Assembly: GCA_963664395.2 (NCBI GenBank)
Contig: OY761159.2
Coordinates: 384,001-448,000 of the forward strand
Direction: 5' to 3'
Source: Candidatus Binatia bacterium
GTDB lineage: Bacteria > Desulfobacterota > Binatia > Bin18
DNA: 64,000 bases
The notes below the pieces were generated by a model. It saw only the letters and a list, made by a program, of their open reading frames with translations. It was not told the origin of the DNA and did not search any database. The position numbers were made by a program, and so were the translations under genes. This document shows, piece by piece, positions 20,616-29,599 of this stretch (positions within the stretch are counted from its first letter, which is position 1; each line of letters begins with the position of its first letter).

Positions 20616-20710
20616 CTGTGTGTCCTCCCTTTCGAGCCCCCATGCTAGCCGAGCGCGCGGCCCTTAGCCAGACCGGGATTTCCATGGAACGCGGGATACC
20701 CCGCTCATCA

Positions 20711-22111
20711 CTAGCGCGCCGGTCTGCATTTCCAATAGTAGTTGTGCATAGTCGGCCCCTCCTTCATGCGTCTGAGGGTCAGGACAACTGCATCACCAAT
20801 ACGCACGTCTTCCGGGTCAACATCGGTCATCTGTAAATAGAGACGGCCGCCCCGGTCGACGTCGACCACGCTCATAATGGTCGGAGAGTCGGGAGCCACA
20901 TAGAGATGATCGCGGGTAAAGGTAAAAACCTGGCCGGTGTGTGCGAGCGGGACTTCCTGGAGTGAGTCGTGATTCTTACACACACTGCATACCCGTGTGA
21001 GTGGATATTGGCGCGTCCCACAACTCAGACACAGCGTTCCGTGCAAACGGACATTTTGGCTCTCTTCTTTTTCTAAGAGCACATTGGACAGTTCGGCGGC
21101 CTCTTGATGCTCGCCATAGTAGGAACGCATTTTTCGGAAAATCTGGTAAGAGGCATACAGTCGCCTTTCACTAATGTGGTCCGAGAGCGACGACTGAAGT
21201 GGACGTTTGCGAATCTCCTCGGTTACACGCAATAAGACACCATCCGCCCCATCTCCATAGTTGAGCAGGAGGAGCAACTCGCCCGGACGCGCAACTTCCA
21301 ATGCCTTCGCGAGCAAGAGGAAAGGAGCGGCACTGCCAGTTGCTCCCATATCCACAAAGAACGGATCGAGAATCTGCGGCTCCTGAAAGCCGAGTTGCTT
21401 GGCCGCCGCGCTATGGGCCCGGCCATCTGGAGAGGGGCATATCACTGTGGCCACATGCCGGGCCTGCAGCCCGTGCTTTTCGAGCAGGGTCCTGCCGACT
21501 GTGACTAGGCTTTTTTGATAGCCGCGCTCAGTCGAAAAGCGAGACGCCTGGGTCTGGATGAAATCATCTCCATCGCGGCGCCATTCATCCCAAAAGTTGC
21601 TGGAGCAGGTTGCCAGCCCCAAAATTTCAGCCAGCACATTTTCCCGCCCGATGGTGACAGCGCTGCCGGCGTCACCAAACCATTCTTCTTCACTTTCTCC
21701 CGGCTGTCCGTCGCGCACCTCGCCCGTTGCGATCAAGATGTTGGACAGACGACGGCTATTGAGCGCGTCTACACCCGCTCGTAAGGCGGCAGTGGCTGAG
21801 CGTAAGCTGCCACCAAAGTCCGACGTCTCGCAGGCTGCCGACAGGTCGCAGGCTGCCGCCAGAAAGCTGGCGGTCGAACGTTGCCAAAAAGGGGCGGACG
21901 TTGAGGCAAAGAAGAGGGCGTCAACGTCTTTCTTATCGCGGTATTCCAAACAGCGCTGGGCCGCCTCAAATCCGAGGGTGAGGGCGTCTTCATCAAAATA
22001 GATTGCGGCCCGTTCGCCTTTCCCAGGACGACGGTCCCAGGCTTGACCAAAGTGCGCCCGCTCCAGGCGACAGAAGGGCACATGATAGCCGCAGCTTGTA
22101 ATGCCGATCAT
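20711..22111 (-). CDS. HMG-CoA synthase-like domain fused to Zn-ribbon/OB-fold (DUF35)
   Basis: DEDALTL, FFASTSAP, GDAGSA, YGDGADG; C-terminal CLSC...CSVC and OB-fold ending YYWK; start MIGITSCG. Confidence 0.85.
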   Translation of the reverse strand: MIGITSCGYHVPFCRLERAHFGQAWDRRPGKGERAAIYFDEDALTLGFEAAQRCLEYRDKKDVDALFFASTSAPFWQRSTASFLAAACDLSAACETSDFGGSLRSATAALRAGVDALNSRRLSNILIATGEVRDGQPGESEEEWFGDAGSAVTIGRENVLAEILGLATCSSNFWDEWRRDGDDFIQTQASRFSTERGYQKSLVTVGRTLLEKHGLQARHVATVICPSPDGRAHSAAAKQLGFQEPQILDPFFVDMGATGSAAPFLLLAKALEVARPGELLLLLNYGDGADGVLLRVTEEIRKRPLQSSLSDHISERRLYASYQIFRKMRSYYGEHQEAAELSNVLLEKEESQNVRLHGTLCLSCGTRQYPLTRVCSVCKNHDSLQEVPLAHTGQVFTFTRDHLYVAPDSPTIMSVVDVDRGGRLYLQMTDVDPEDVRIGDAVVLTLRRMKEGPTMHNYYWKCRPAR

Positions 22112-22139
22112 AGTATTTCCCGGCGTTTCCTGGCGTTTC

Positions 22140-23030
22140 CTATGCAATCCCGGCTTGTTTCGCCCGGTCCAGGATGGTCCGTGCCCGCGTGAGATGGGGC
22201 GCATCGACCATCTGGCCCTTGAAGCTAAACGCCATTTTTCCAGCTTTTTGATTTTCTTCAAAGGCCGCCAGGAGCTCGTGGCTTTCAGCGATTTCTTCCG
22301 CTGAAGGAGTGAACACGGCGTTCACGGTTTCGATCTGGTTGGGATGGATGGTTATTTTGCCAGTGAAGCCCATCCACGCTCCTTCGACACATTCCCGGCG
22401 GAGCCCTTCGCTATCGCGGATATCGACAAACACAGTATCCAGCGGCTGGACTCCCGCTGCGGTTGCCGCCAGGAGCGTCATGATTCGAGCATAGCGGAAC
22501 ACTTCGAGAAATGTGCCGTCTTCACCCCGGTTACGGCGGGCGCCAATGGCGGCAGACAAATCCTCAGCCCCCCACGACAGGGCATCGATTCTCGGACATG
22601 AGCCAAAATCTTTGATGTTCAGTAGTCCCTCAGGCGTCTCTGTTGCCAAAACGACCAGCTTGACCTCACCCGGCGGATAGCCGCACTCCTTTTCCATACG
22701 GCTGAGAGTCGTATCGATCTTGAGCAGGTCATCACGCGTTTTGACCTTAGGGACAAGGTAGGAGTCCGGCCGGCCTTGCATCGTGACTTCAAGATCAGTC
22801 ACCCCCCAGGGTGTATCCAGAGGATTCATCCGGACCATGCGTTCTTGCCGACCAAAGTCCACGTTCTTGAGCCAGTCTGTCACTGTCTCCCGAGCAGAGT
22901 CTTTATTCTCTGGAGTGACCGCATCTTCGAGGTCCAGCACAAGCGAGTCAGCTTCCAGCGCAAGCGACTTGTGCAGCATCTTTTCATTGGCTCCGGGCAC
23001 GAAATGGACGGCACGACGTAAGCGGGTCAT
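22140..23030 (-). CDS. HpcH/HpaI aldolase / citrate lyase beta-like CoA-ester lyase
   Basis: FVPG, LDLEDAV, VRMN, ETPEG, WGAEDL, GFTGKITIHPNQ, MVDAPH. Confidence 0.92.
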   Translation of the reverse strand: MTRLRRAVHFVPGANEKMLHKSLALEADSLVLDLEDAVTPENKDSARETVTDWLKNVDFGRQERMVRMNPLDTPWGVTDLEVTMQGRPDSYLVPKVKTRDDLLKIDTTLSRMEKECGYPPGEVKLVVLATETPEGLLNIKDFGSCPRIDALSWGAEDLSAAIGARRNRGEDGTFLEVFRYARIMTLLAATAAGVQPLDTVFVDIRDSEGLRRECVEGAWMGFTGKITIHPNQIETVNAVFTPSAEEIAESHELLAAFEENQKAGKMAFSFKGQMVDAPHLTRARTILDRAKQAGIA

Positions 23031-23075
23031 GGGAAGTCTCCGGTGGGTGGCTTAGTGCTCTTTCTATCCGAAAGC

Positions 23076-23537
23076 CTACGAAATTTGGGCTTCTTTCTTG
23101 CGCATCATGGCGCCCCGGCGGCAGCTCATCACAATTTCGCCCCGCTGGTTCTTGGCCCGGTGCTCGAAGGTCACAATCCCCCACTGCGGACGGGAGCGCG
23201 ATTCTCGCTTTTCGACGACTTCGGACTCGGCATACAACGTGTCCCCAATAAAAACAGGCTTGGGGAAGACTACTTTTTCAAAACCCAGGTTTCCGACAGT
23301 TGTCCCCAGGGTGGTATCGCCGACAGACAAGCCCACTGCCAGCCCCAAGGTGAAGATACTATTCACCAAGCGTTGGCCAAACTCGGCCTTTTTTGAGAAC
23401 TCTTCATCCAGATGGAGCGGCTGGGGGTTGTGGGTCATAGTCGAGAACAACAGGTTATCCGTCTCGGTAATGGTTCGTCCGGGTTGATGTTGAAATACGT
23501 CACCAACATTCAATTCTTCAAAGTGTTTTCCGGCCAT
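23076..23537 (-). CDS. MaoC family dehydratase
   Basis: [34 protein letters not shown]. Confidence 0.9.
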   Translation of the reverse strand: MAGKHFEELNVGDVFQHQPGRTITETDNLLFSTMTHNPQPLHLDEEFSKKAEFGQRLVNSIFTLGLAVGLSVGDTTLGTTVGNLGFEKVVFPKPVFIGDTLYAESEVVEKRESRSRPQWGIVTFEHRAKNQRGEIVMSCRRGAMMRKKEAQIS

Positions 23538-23675
23538 ACGGTCCTCCTTACAGAGCAGTCCTTTCAAGCAAAGGGGCGTGTGGACGTTTGCTTACCACGT
23601 CCGCTGAAGTCGTGCCAGCGAGGGAGGTGCAAAATTGAGCAGGGCGGTAATAACGGCCCTCCGCACCAGAACACC

Positions 23676-24866
23676 TTATCTCGCTCGGTCGGCCTGATAC
23701 CAAATCCGCCCATCTTTGACTGTAAGATAGGCAACGAGTTTTTTCTCGCCGACCATATGGTTCTGGTCGGTATCGACAAAATCAAATGCGCCCTGTTCAA
23801 GACTGAGCACGGCGACATCGGCAATGGCACCGGGTCTGAGCGTTCCGAGTTGCTCAGCCTCTCCAATCACGCGGGCGGGATTGGTGGTGACGCAGCGGAT
23901 CACGTCTTCCAGGCCCATGCCCAGGTTTAAGAGCTTGGACATGGTCGTCGGCAGATCGAAGACCGGTCCTTTCGTCGCACTGGGGAGCGTCAGATCGGTC
24001 GCGATCGTGTCAGGCAAGAATCCCGCATCTAACGCCTGCTGCACAAATGGAAACGGAAAGTGCATGCGACCGTGCGCGCAGTCAAAAATAATACCCTCTT
24101 TTTGCGCGGCCCAGACTTCTTTGAGAATGGCCTTCTTTTCCGGGCCCATGATGCCGTATTCAAAACCGTGGAAGCAGTGGGTCACGACATCGCCCGGCTT
24201 GAGAAATTCCAGAATTTGAGGAACCGGCAGCAGCGCGTCTGTGATATGCACCATCAGTGGAACATTGGCCATATCCGCGGCTTGGCGCGCAAGACGCAGC
24301 GGCTCAGTTCCGGCAGAGTCAGGCACGACGTTGTTGCTAAAGCGGAGCTTAACGCCAATGGCAAGGTCACGATTATTGATGATCGTCCGGGCACAGCCCT
24401 CCGGGTCGGCATAATCCATATGCATTAACTCACCAACTTGGAGGTGCATCAGACCCAAGGCTGACAGATGGATAAAACAGCGCAACCGGACTTCACTATT
24501 GTTCGCCACATACTGACGTAATCCAGGGAAGGTGGCGGAACCAGAGCTGCCTGCGTCGATTATCGTTGTCACGCCACTCGCAGCACAGCGGCTATCGGTT
24601 TCAGTGCCCATATCGTGGGCATTTATAAACGTATGCGCGTGAATGTCGATCAGCCCAGGGCAGACAATCTTGCCTGATACGTCACGGACTCGGGCCGCTT
24701 GTGTCGCAGGAATGTCCACCGCAACAGTTGCTATTTTGCCGTTGCGGATCGCAACGTCGGCTTTTTGCGGCTTTTGATACTCAGACCAGCCAGGGTCAAT
24801 GACCTCGCCGCCTTTTATGAGGAGATCGTATTGCACTTTACGTTCTACTGCGTGAGACTGCGGCAT
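23676..24866 (-). CDS. Amidohydrolase/deacetylase family metallohydrolase (dihydroorotase-like)
   Basis: PGLIDIHAH, GVTTIIDAGS, GVKLR, LMVH, THCFHG, TDL; start MPQSH. Confidence 0.88.
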   Translation of the reverse strand: MPQSHAVERKVQYDLLIKGGEVIDPGWSEYQKPQKADVAIRNGKIATVAVDIPATQAARVRDVSGKIVCPGLIDIHAHTFINAHDMGTETDSRCAASGVTTIIDAGSSGSATFPGLRQYVANNSEVRLRCFIHLSALGLMHLQVGELMHMDYADPEGCARTIINNRDLAIGVKLRFSNNVVPDSAGTEPLRLARQAADMANVPLMVHITDALLPVPQILEFLKPGDVVTHCFHGFEYGIMGPEKKAILKEVWAAQKEGIIFDCAHGRMHFPFPFVQQALDAGFLPDTIATDLTLPSATKGPVFDLPTTMSKLLNLGMGLEDVIRCVTTNPARVIGEAEQLGTLRPGAIADVAVLSLEQGAFDFVDTDQNHMVGEKKLVAYLTVKDGRIWYQADRAR

Positions 24867-24918
24867 GAATGTCTCCTGTTCTTCCGGCCTGACACCGGAC
24901 TTGGACAGACGTGCGGTA

Positions 24919-27054
24919 CTACTCGATTGCCCGTCCCACTTTTCCTTCAAGCTCTTTGAGGAACTCGTTCCATTTTTCCCCCATGTTTGCTCTAAGCTTA
25001 TTGAATAAATCTTGCCGTTCCTCGGTGTTGAGCCAGTTATCCGTGTACCGAGCAATATCGACCTTGTAACCCTTTCCTCCACCCCAACGCTCTTGACAAT
25101 TGCCCCAGAGCTTAGAGTCTTCACGGAGTGGTTCTTCAAAGATGGCCTCACTTATTAGCTCTGCTTGCTTTTGCAATTGGCCGGAGCTTTCGGCGATGTA
25201 GTCTCGTAATTCGTCGACAAATGCTCGTGCCGGCTGCATATCTTCACCCTGCTTCAAATTGTCCAAGAGTGCGGTCAACATCTTAAGTTTCGGTTCGCTG
25301 GCGGCTACAAATATGGCCCTCACACCATAGGCGAGCACATCGTAGAAGTTCAAGTTGTACCAACTGCCTCTCCTATTGATAGATGCCCGTACACTAGAAG
25401 CGTAAGTGCTTTGGGCAACGATCGACTCCCGAAGAGATTCGGGAACTTGTTCAAGCTCGAATTCCAAGGATTTATTGTCCTGAATCCAGGTCTGAATCCT
25501 TTTTCCGATGTGTTTGTAGCAGGCTGATTCTTGATGCTTTTCAAGATTTTTTTCCAACTCCTTGACTTGACCTACAATGCCCTCAATCTTCTTGATGTGG
25601 TCTGCGCGCATGCGGTCAAGTCCCCCTTCGACGCTTTTGGAGAAAATCGATGGAGAATCCTCTTTTTGATTGAAAAACGTGATTTGTATATCCTTTAGCT
25701 GTAGCTCTTGGGCTAGGGCGACCTCAATATCAGCCCGTCTTACCTGTCGGCCGTCATCTCCATTGGCCACCCTAGAGCCATCGAAATCATTGACGCTCTC
25801 AGCCTCTTCTGAGCGATCTAGTACTACCAACTGTGCTTCGGTCAATAATCGCTCGCGTAGACCGCCCACCACGGCGTGCTTCAACACAGACCGTGACGTT
25901 TCATCAGGTGCGTCAAGAAAGCGTGAGCAAATGATGCAGAGTGCTCTGGGGTCATCAAAGAGCGCGGAGATATCCGACCGCGGAGCAAATTGATCCACTC
26001 CTTTAGTGTCTATGACCGATATATTGAGAGGCACTTCCCCATTAAGGACCATCTGCGGCACGATCACGTTTATTCGTTTGGGGACTGAGAATGACGGATT
26101 ACGGCCATGGTTGATTTTGGTGAATTCACCTTTGAGCCAATGTAAGGGGTCCTTCTCTCCAGAATTACTGTGCCAAAGTTCCCTATGAGTACGAACTCGC
26201 AAGTTCATGCGCTCAAGCATCTGTAGCTTGAATTTTTCCTTGTCTGTACTCGAACGCGCGAGGTTGATGGCCTCATCGATGACTTTCCGTGTAGCTGGAT
26301 CTCGCCTTTGGGCGAGGCCTGCCATGTTTCGGAGGCAGCGAGTTAATTCGGTGTTGAGGTTGGGAATGCTGTCACTAGGGCCGGAGTCGTTCACCCCACC
26401 ATCAGAAGCCATAGTCGCACGGGACAGGGTGTATTCGCAAAATTCGTCAATACAAACATCAATCTCCTCGTCATCACGCGGCTCGACGATCAATCCCCAA
26501 CTTGGTCCCTTGTTGATGACAACTTCACAGATCGTTGTCCGTCCACCGCCGTAGTCAAGGACTGGCTTGCCATCCAAAAGGAGGTGGGTCGCTGCACAAA
26601 TCGCGGTGGTCTTGCCTACCCCAATACTTCCGATAAATCCAACGGTATGATCGAGACTGAGGAGATATTTTACTGCGTTACGGAGCGAATTTCCGTAGAG
26701 GTCAATCTCGTCACGAATGAAGTCCGCCTCTGGAATATTCTCATTCTCAATCAATTTCTTAATGCGATGGAGCCCGTCGTTTGCCATCATGAGCGAATTC
26801 AAATTGGGGTGATCCAGGGGCGGTGTCGCTGCGAAGGCAACAGTGTCCCATTCGGATTCCAAGTATGCGCAGATTTTTTTCGCATAGGGCGAATCGACTT
26901 CCTCAAGATACCGATAAACCTCTTCAGCCGGTAGCTCTGGAGAGCTTTCCATGCGCGATATAGCGACCTGCGAAAGACCGAGTCGCTGCCCGACTTCGCG
27001 CTGAGACATTCGTTTCTGCTCCCGTTCTCCCGCCATCAGCTTTCCCAAGTGCAT
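24919..27054 (-). CDS. XRE-type HTH fused to a dynamin-like (TRAFAC) P-loop GTPase, 711 aa
   Basis: N-terminal MSQREVGQRLGLSQVAISRMES HTH; G1 GSIGVGKT, G2 GRTT, G3 DTKG, possible G4 NQKE; long helical C-terminus; GGGGGA RBS 12 nt after the upstream stop. Confidence 0.75.
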   Translation of the reverse strand: MHLGKLMAGEREQKRMSQREVGQRLGLSQVAISRMESSPELPAEEVYRYLEEVDSPYAKKICAYLESEWDTVAFAATPPLDHPNLNSLMMANDGLHRIKKLIENENIPEADFIRDEIDLYGNSLRNAVKYLLSLDHTVGFIGSIGVGKTTAICAATHLLLDGKPVLDYGGGRTTICEVVINKGPSWGLIVEPRDDEEIDVCIDEFCEYTLSRATMASDGGVNDSGPSDSIPNLNTELTRCLRNMAGLAQRRDPATRKVIDEAINLARSSTDKEKFKLQMLERMNLRVRTHRELWHSNSGEKDPLHWLKGEFTKINHGRNPSFSVPKRINVIVPQMVLNGEVPLNISVIDTKGVDQFAPRSDISALFDDPRALCIICSRFLDAPDETSRSVLKHAVVGGLRERLLTEAQLVVLDRSEEAESVNDFDGSRVANGDDGRQVRRADIEVALAQELQLKDIQITFFNQKEDSPSIFSKSVEGGLDRMRADHIKKIEGIVGQVKELEKNLEKHQESACYKHIGKRIQTWIQDNKSLEFELEQVPESLRESIVAQSTYASSVRASINRRGSWYNLNFYDVLAYGVRAIFVAASEPKLKMLTALLDNLKQGEDMQPARAFVDELRDYIAESSGQLQKQAELISEAIFEEPLREDSKLWGNCQERWGGGKGYKVDIARYTDNWLNTEERQDLFNKLRANMGEKWNEFLKELEGKVGRAIE

Positions 27055-27066
27055 TGTTGTTCCCCC

Positions 27067-27339
27067 CTAACGGCGATTAATCTTCCGTGTTCGCCGGCCG
27101 ATCGTGACGACCGCACCGTCAGACGATTCTATAAAATACAGAGGATCGGGTTTCTCGAAGTCGTGTTGCATAGCCTTCAGCGCCTCCAGGATTCGTCTGC
27201 GCTGTTGCCTGTTCGCTATCCAGACCTTTGCACTGCCTGGAGCTCTTTCAAATTGTCCGAAGTGTTTGATTAATTCGAGGGATAGCAATTGGCAGCCACG
27301 CTCTCTTGCCCGTAATTTCGCATGTCTAGTTAGTCGCAT
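27067..27339 (-). CDS. Small basic DUF4258-like protein (putative RelE/BrnT-fold toxin)
   Basis: Family-typical N-terminus LTRHAKLRARERG and C-terminal DGAVVTI; GAGGAG RBS. Confidence 0.6.
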   Translation of the reverse strand: MRLTRHAKLRARERGCQLLSLELIKHFGQFERAPGSAKVWIANRQQRRRILEALKAMQHDFEKPDPLYFIESSDGAVVTIGRRTRKINRR

Positions 27340-27530
27340 TGCACATCTCCTCTCGCCCTTGTTGATGAATACAATCTCAACTATTAGCTAATTTAGGAGT
27401 TTTTATCAAGAATTAAATCTATAAATTTTCTCTTTTTAGTCGAATATATTCGCAATAAAAACTTCAACCTGATCGAATTGGGCAAATAATTGGGTTTACT
27501 TTTTAGGTAAACTCCGGTAAATACCCACTG
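27340..27530. promoter_or_regulatory. AT-rich divergent promoter region with inverted repeats
   Basis: CGAATATATTCG palindrome 27441-27452; GTTTAC-N7-GTAAAC 27494-27512; AGTTTTTAT/ATAAAAACT at 27398/27455. Confidence 0.5.
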
Positions 27531-28868
27531 ATGGATTCTCAAAAAAAACAGCAAATTCCATCGGTACCGGAAGGTCATTTAGCGTTCGGGCAACGTCTAC
27601 GTGAGCAGCGTCAGGAAAAAGGGCTCTTGCTCTCTGATCTGGCAAAGGTGCTTGAAGTCACAAAAGGGTATCTTTCTCGCCTGGAGCGAGGGAAAGCAAA
27701 ACCCTCAAAAACCATTATTGGGTTGATAGCGCACGCGCTGAGTATTGATCCAGGCCCTCTGAAGGTTCTTGCAGGGGACTTCCCTGGTGATGTGAGGCAG
27801 ATTCTCTATCATCATCCCGAAGACGCCCCCACTCTCCTTCGAGAGATATTTGGAGAGTATGGTTCTCACGGTACCTCTCGTAAATCCGATGCTACAAGGA
27901 AAACAATTCCTCAAAAGAAACACGGCATAAAGCCATTTCAAAAAGAGCGCTATGAACTCATTCAGGCCAACTGTCTTGAATGGCTGGAACACCGTGCCTC
28001 CAATAGTATCCATGCTGTCGTCACTGATCCGCCCTACGGCTTAAAAGAATACACACCCGAGGAAAAGAAAAAACTCCGGCGCGGGCGTGGTGGCGTCTGG
28101 CGCATACCACCAACACTTGATGGATATACCCGCAGTCCGATTCCTCGCTTCACTGTGCTGACTCATGAAGATAAGAATTCTTTAAAGAAATTCTTTACGC
28201 AGTGGGCAACAAGAATTCAGCGAGTTCTCGTCCCTGGCGGACATACATTCATTGCTACCAACCCCCTTCTCTCCCACCTCGTTTATACTGCGTTGGAAGA
28301 GGCAGGCTTCGAGAAAAGAGGGGAGATTATCCGTCTCGTACAGACTCTCCGAGGTGGTGATCGGCCAAAGAATGCCCATAAAGAATTTGAGAACGTCACC
28401 GTCATGCCTCGCTCCTGTTGGGAACCTTGGGGGCTATTTAGAAAGCCCTGTCGAGGTCGAGTGCAGGATAATCTTCGTGAATGGCAGACAGGCGGCTTGC
28501 GGCGTGTCTCGGAAGAGCAGCCTTTTGGAGATGTTATCAAAAGCGCTCCAACCAGAGGGATAGAGCGAGAAATCGCTCCTCATCCATCCTTGAAACCGCA
28601 GGCTTTCATGCAGCAGATTGTTCGCGCCTCCCTTCCCTTAGGAGAAGGGATTATCCTTGATCCTTTTATGGGTGGAGGGTCTACGATAGCAGCAGCCTGC
28701 GCGGTAGGTTATCGCAGTATTGGGGTCGAAATAGACCGGGAGTATTACAAAATGGCCGTTCGGGCGATACCAAAGCTTGCAACCCTTGTCCTCGATAACG
28801 GAAATGGAAAAGTTCCCCCGTACCTCTCCCGTGGGCAAGTAGAACAGAAACCTCCCCTATTTTCATAA
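27531..28868 (+). CDS. Beta-class N4C/N6A DNA methyltransferase with N-terminal XRE HTH
   Basis: GQRLREQRQEKGL...YLSRLERG HTH; VTDPPY before HPSLKP and LDPFMGGGST. Confidence 0.9.
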   Translation: MDSQKKQQIPSVPEGHLAFGQRLREQRQEKGLLLSDLAKVLEVTKGYLSRLERGKAKPSKTIIGLIAHALSIDPGPLKVLAGDFPGDVRQILYHHPEDAPTLLREIFGEYGSHGTSRKSDATRKTIPQKKHGIKPFQKERYELIQANCLEWLEHRASNSIHAVVTDPPYGLKEYTPEEKKKLRRGRGGVWRIPPTLDGYTRSPIPRFTVLTHEDKNSLKKFFTQWATRIQRVLVPGGHTFIATNPLLSHLVYTALEEAGFEKRGEIIRLVQTLRGGDRPKNAHKEFENVTVMPRSCWEPWGLFRKPCRGRVQDNLREWQTGGLRRVSEEQPFGDVIKSAPTRGIEREIAPHPSLKPQAFMQQIVRASLPLGEGIILDPFMGGGSTIAAACAVGYRSIGVEIDREYYKMAVRAIPKLATLVLDNGNGKVPPYLSRGQVEQKPPLFS

Positions 28869-28883
28869 TCCGTCTTAGCCAGT

Positions 28884-29537
28884 TCACAAGAGTCCGGGAC
28901 CGTCCGCAAGAATCGAACGATGCTTCCCCACCCCAGTTCCAGGGCTTCGATATATAAAGTTATTTCGGAGTTTCTCTACACCATCTGTTGTAATTGAGGC
29001 GGTCGGAGTCCGCCGTGATTCCCCTTTACGTCCAGAGAAAGACCAGTCGTCTTTTGTCAGTTCGGCACAGAGGATTTCGACAAAAGTAAAAGGAACAATT
29101 TCTCCACTCTTCTGCTTTCCGACAACGTACCTAAAAACCATTAACCAACACTCTTCTGGATTGTGTCCTTGCCAACCACCTTTCTGGATAGAGCATTTGA
29201 CCTCAATCCCCTGGTCTCCCTTCAAGACAGCATTCGACGCATAAGAAGCTTTCGGGAGAAGGTCAGGATGCCCACCCACCTTCGTATTTGCTTCAAGCAC
29301 TGAAGAGGATTTAGCAATGTTCTTGACTAAGAATTCGGAGATGATCCCCGATAGGGAGTTGCCGAGGAGCAACTCTTCTAGGGGTCGAAATCCATTCTGC
29401 CTGAGATAATCGTTAAGACCATGGGAAAGACGATAAGTTTCCGCAACTGATTTCTCAACTTCTTCTACTGTAAACCCATAGGGGAGAATAGCGCGTCTGT
29501 TCACGTAGCCCTTATCAAGGACTCCTGGCAACTCCAC
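28884..29537 (-). CDS. Putative type II restriction endonuclease (PD-(D/E)XK)
   Basis: GHPDLL...IEVK catalytic motif with upstream SE; convergent with the MTase, 15-bp gap. Confidence 0.72.
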   Translation of the reverse strand: MELPGVLDKGYVNRRAILPYGFTVEEVEKSVAETYRLSHGLNDYLRQNGFRPLEELLLGNSLSGIISEFLVKNIAKSSSVLEANTKVGGHPDLLPKASYASNAVLKGDQGIEVKCSIQKGGWQGHNPEECWLMVFRYVVGKQKSGEIVPFTFVEILCAELTKDDWSFSGRKGESRRTPTASITTDGVEKLRNNFIYRSPGTGVGKHRSILADGPGLL

Positions 29538-29599
29538 TTCATCTTCCTTCAGTTACTTAAGTTCTTTTGCTCTTGCGAGGTAGTGCAGAGCCCATCGGC

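Noticed and set aside
20711-22111. Mevalonate-pathway HMG-CoA synthase
   Set aside because: The catalytic Cys appears absent and no HMG-CoA reductase or kinases are nearby
24867-25151. N-terminal extension of the amidohydrolase ORF (and similar extensions at 3127, 5496, 38867, 41294, 56572, 57522, 62482)
   Set aside because: These overlap neighbouring genes or lack family similarity; downstream starts with an RBS fit better
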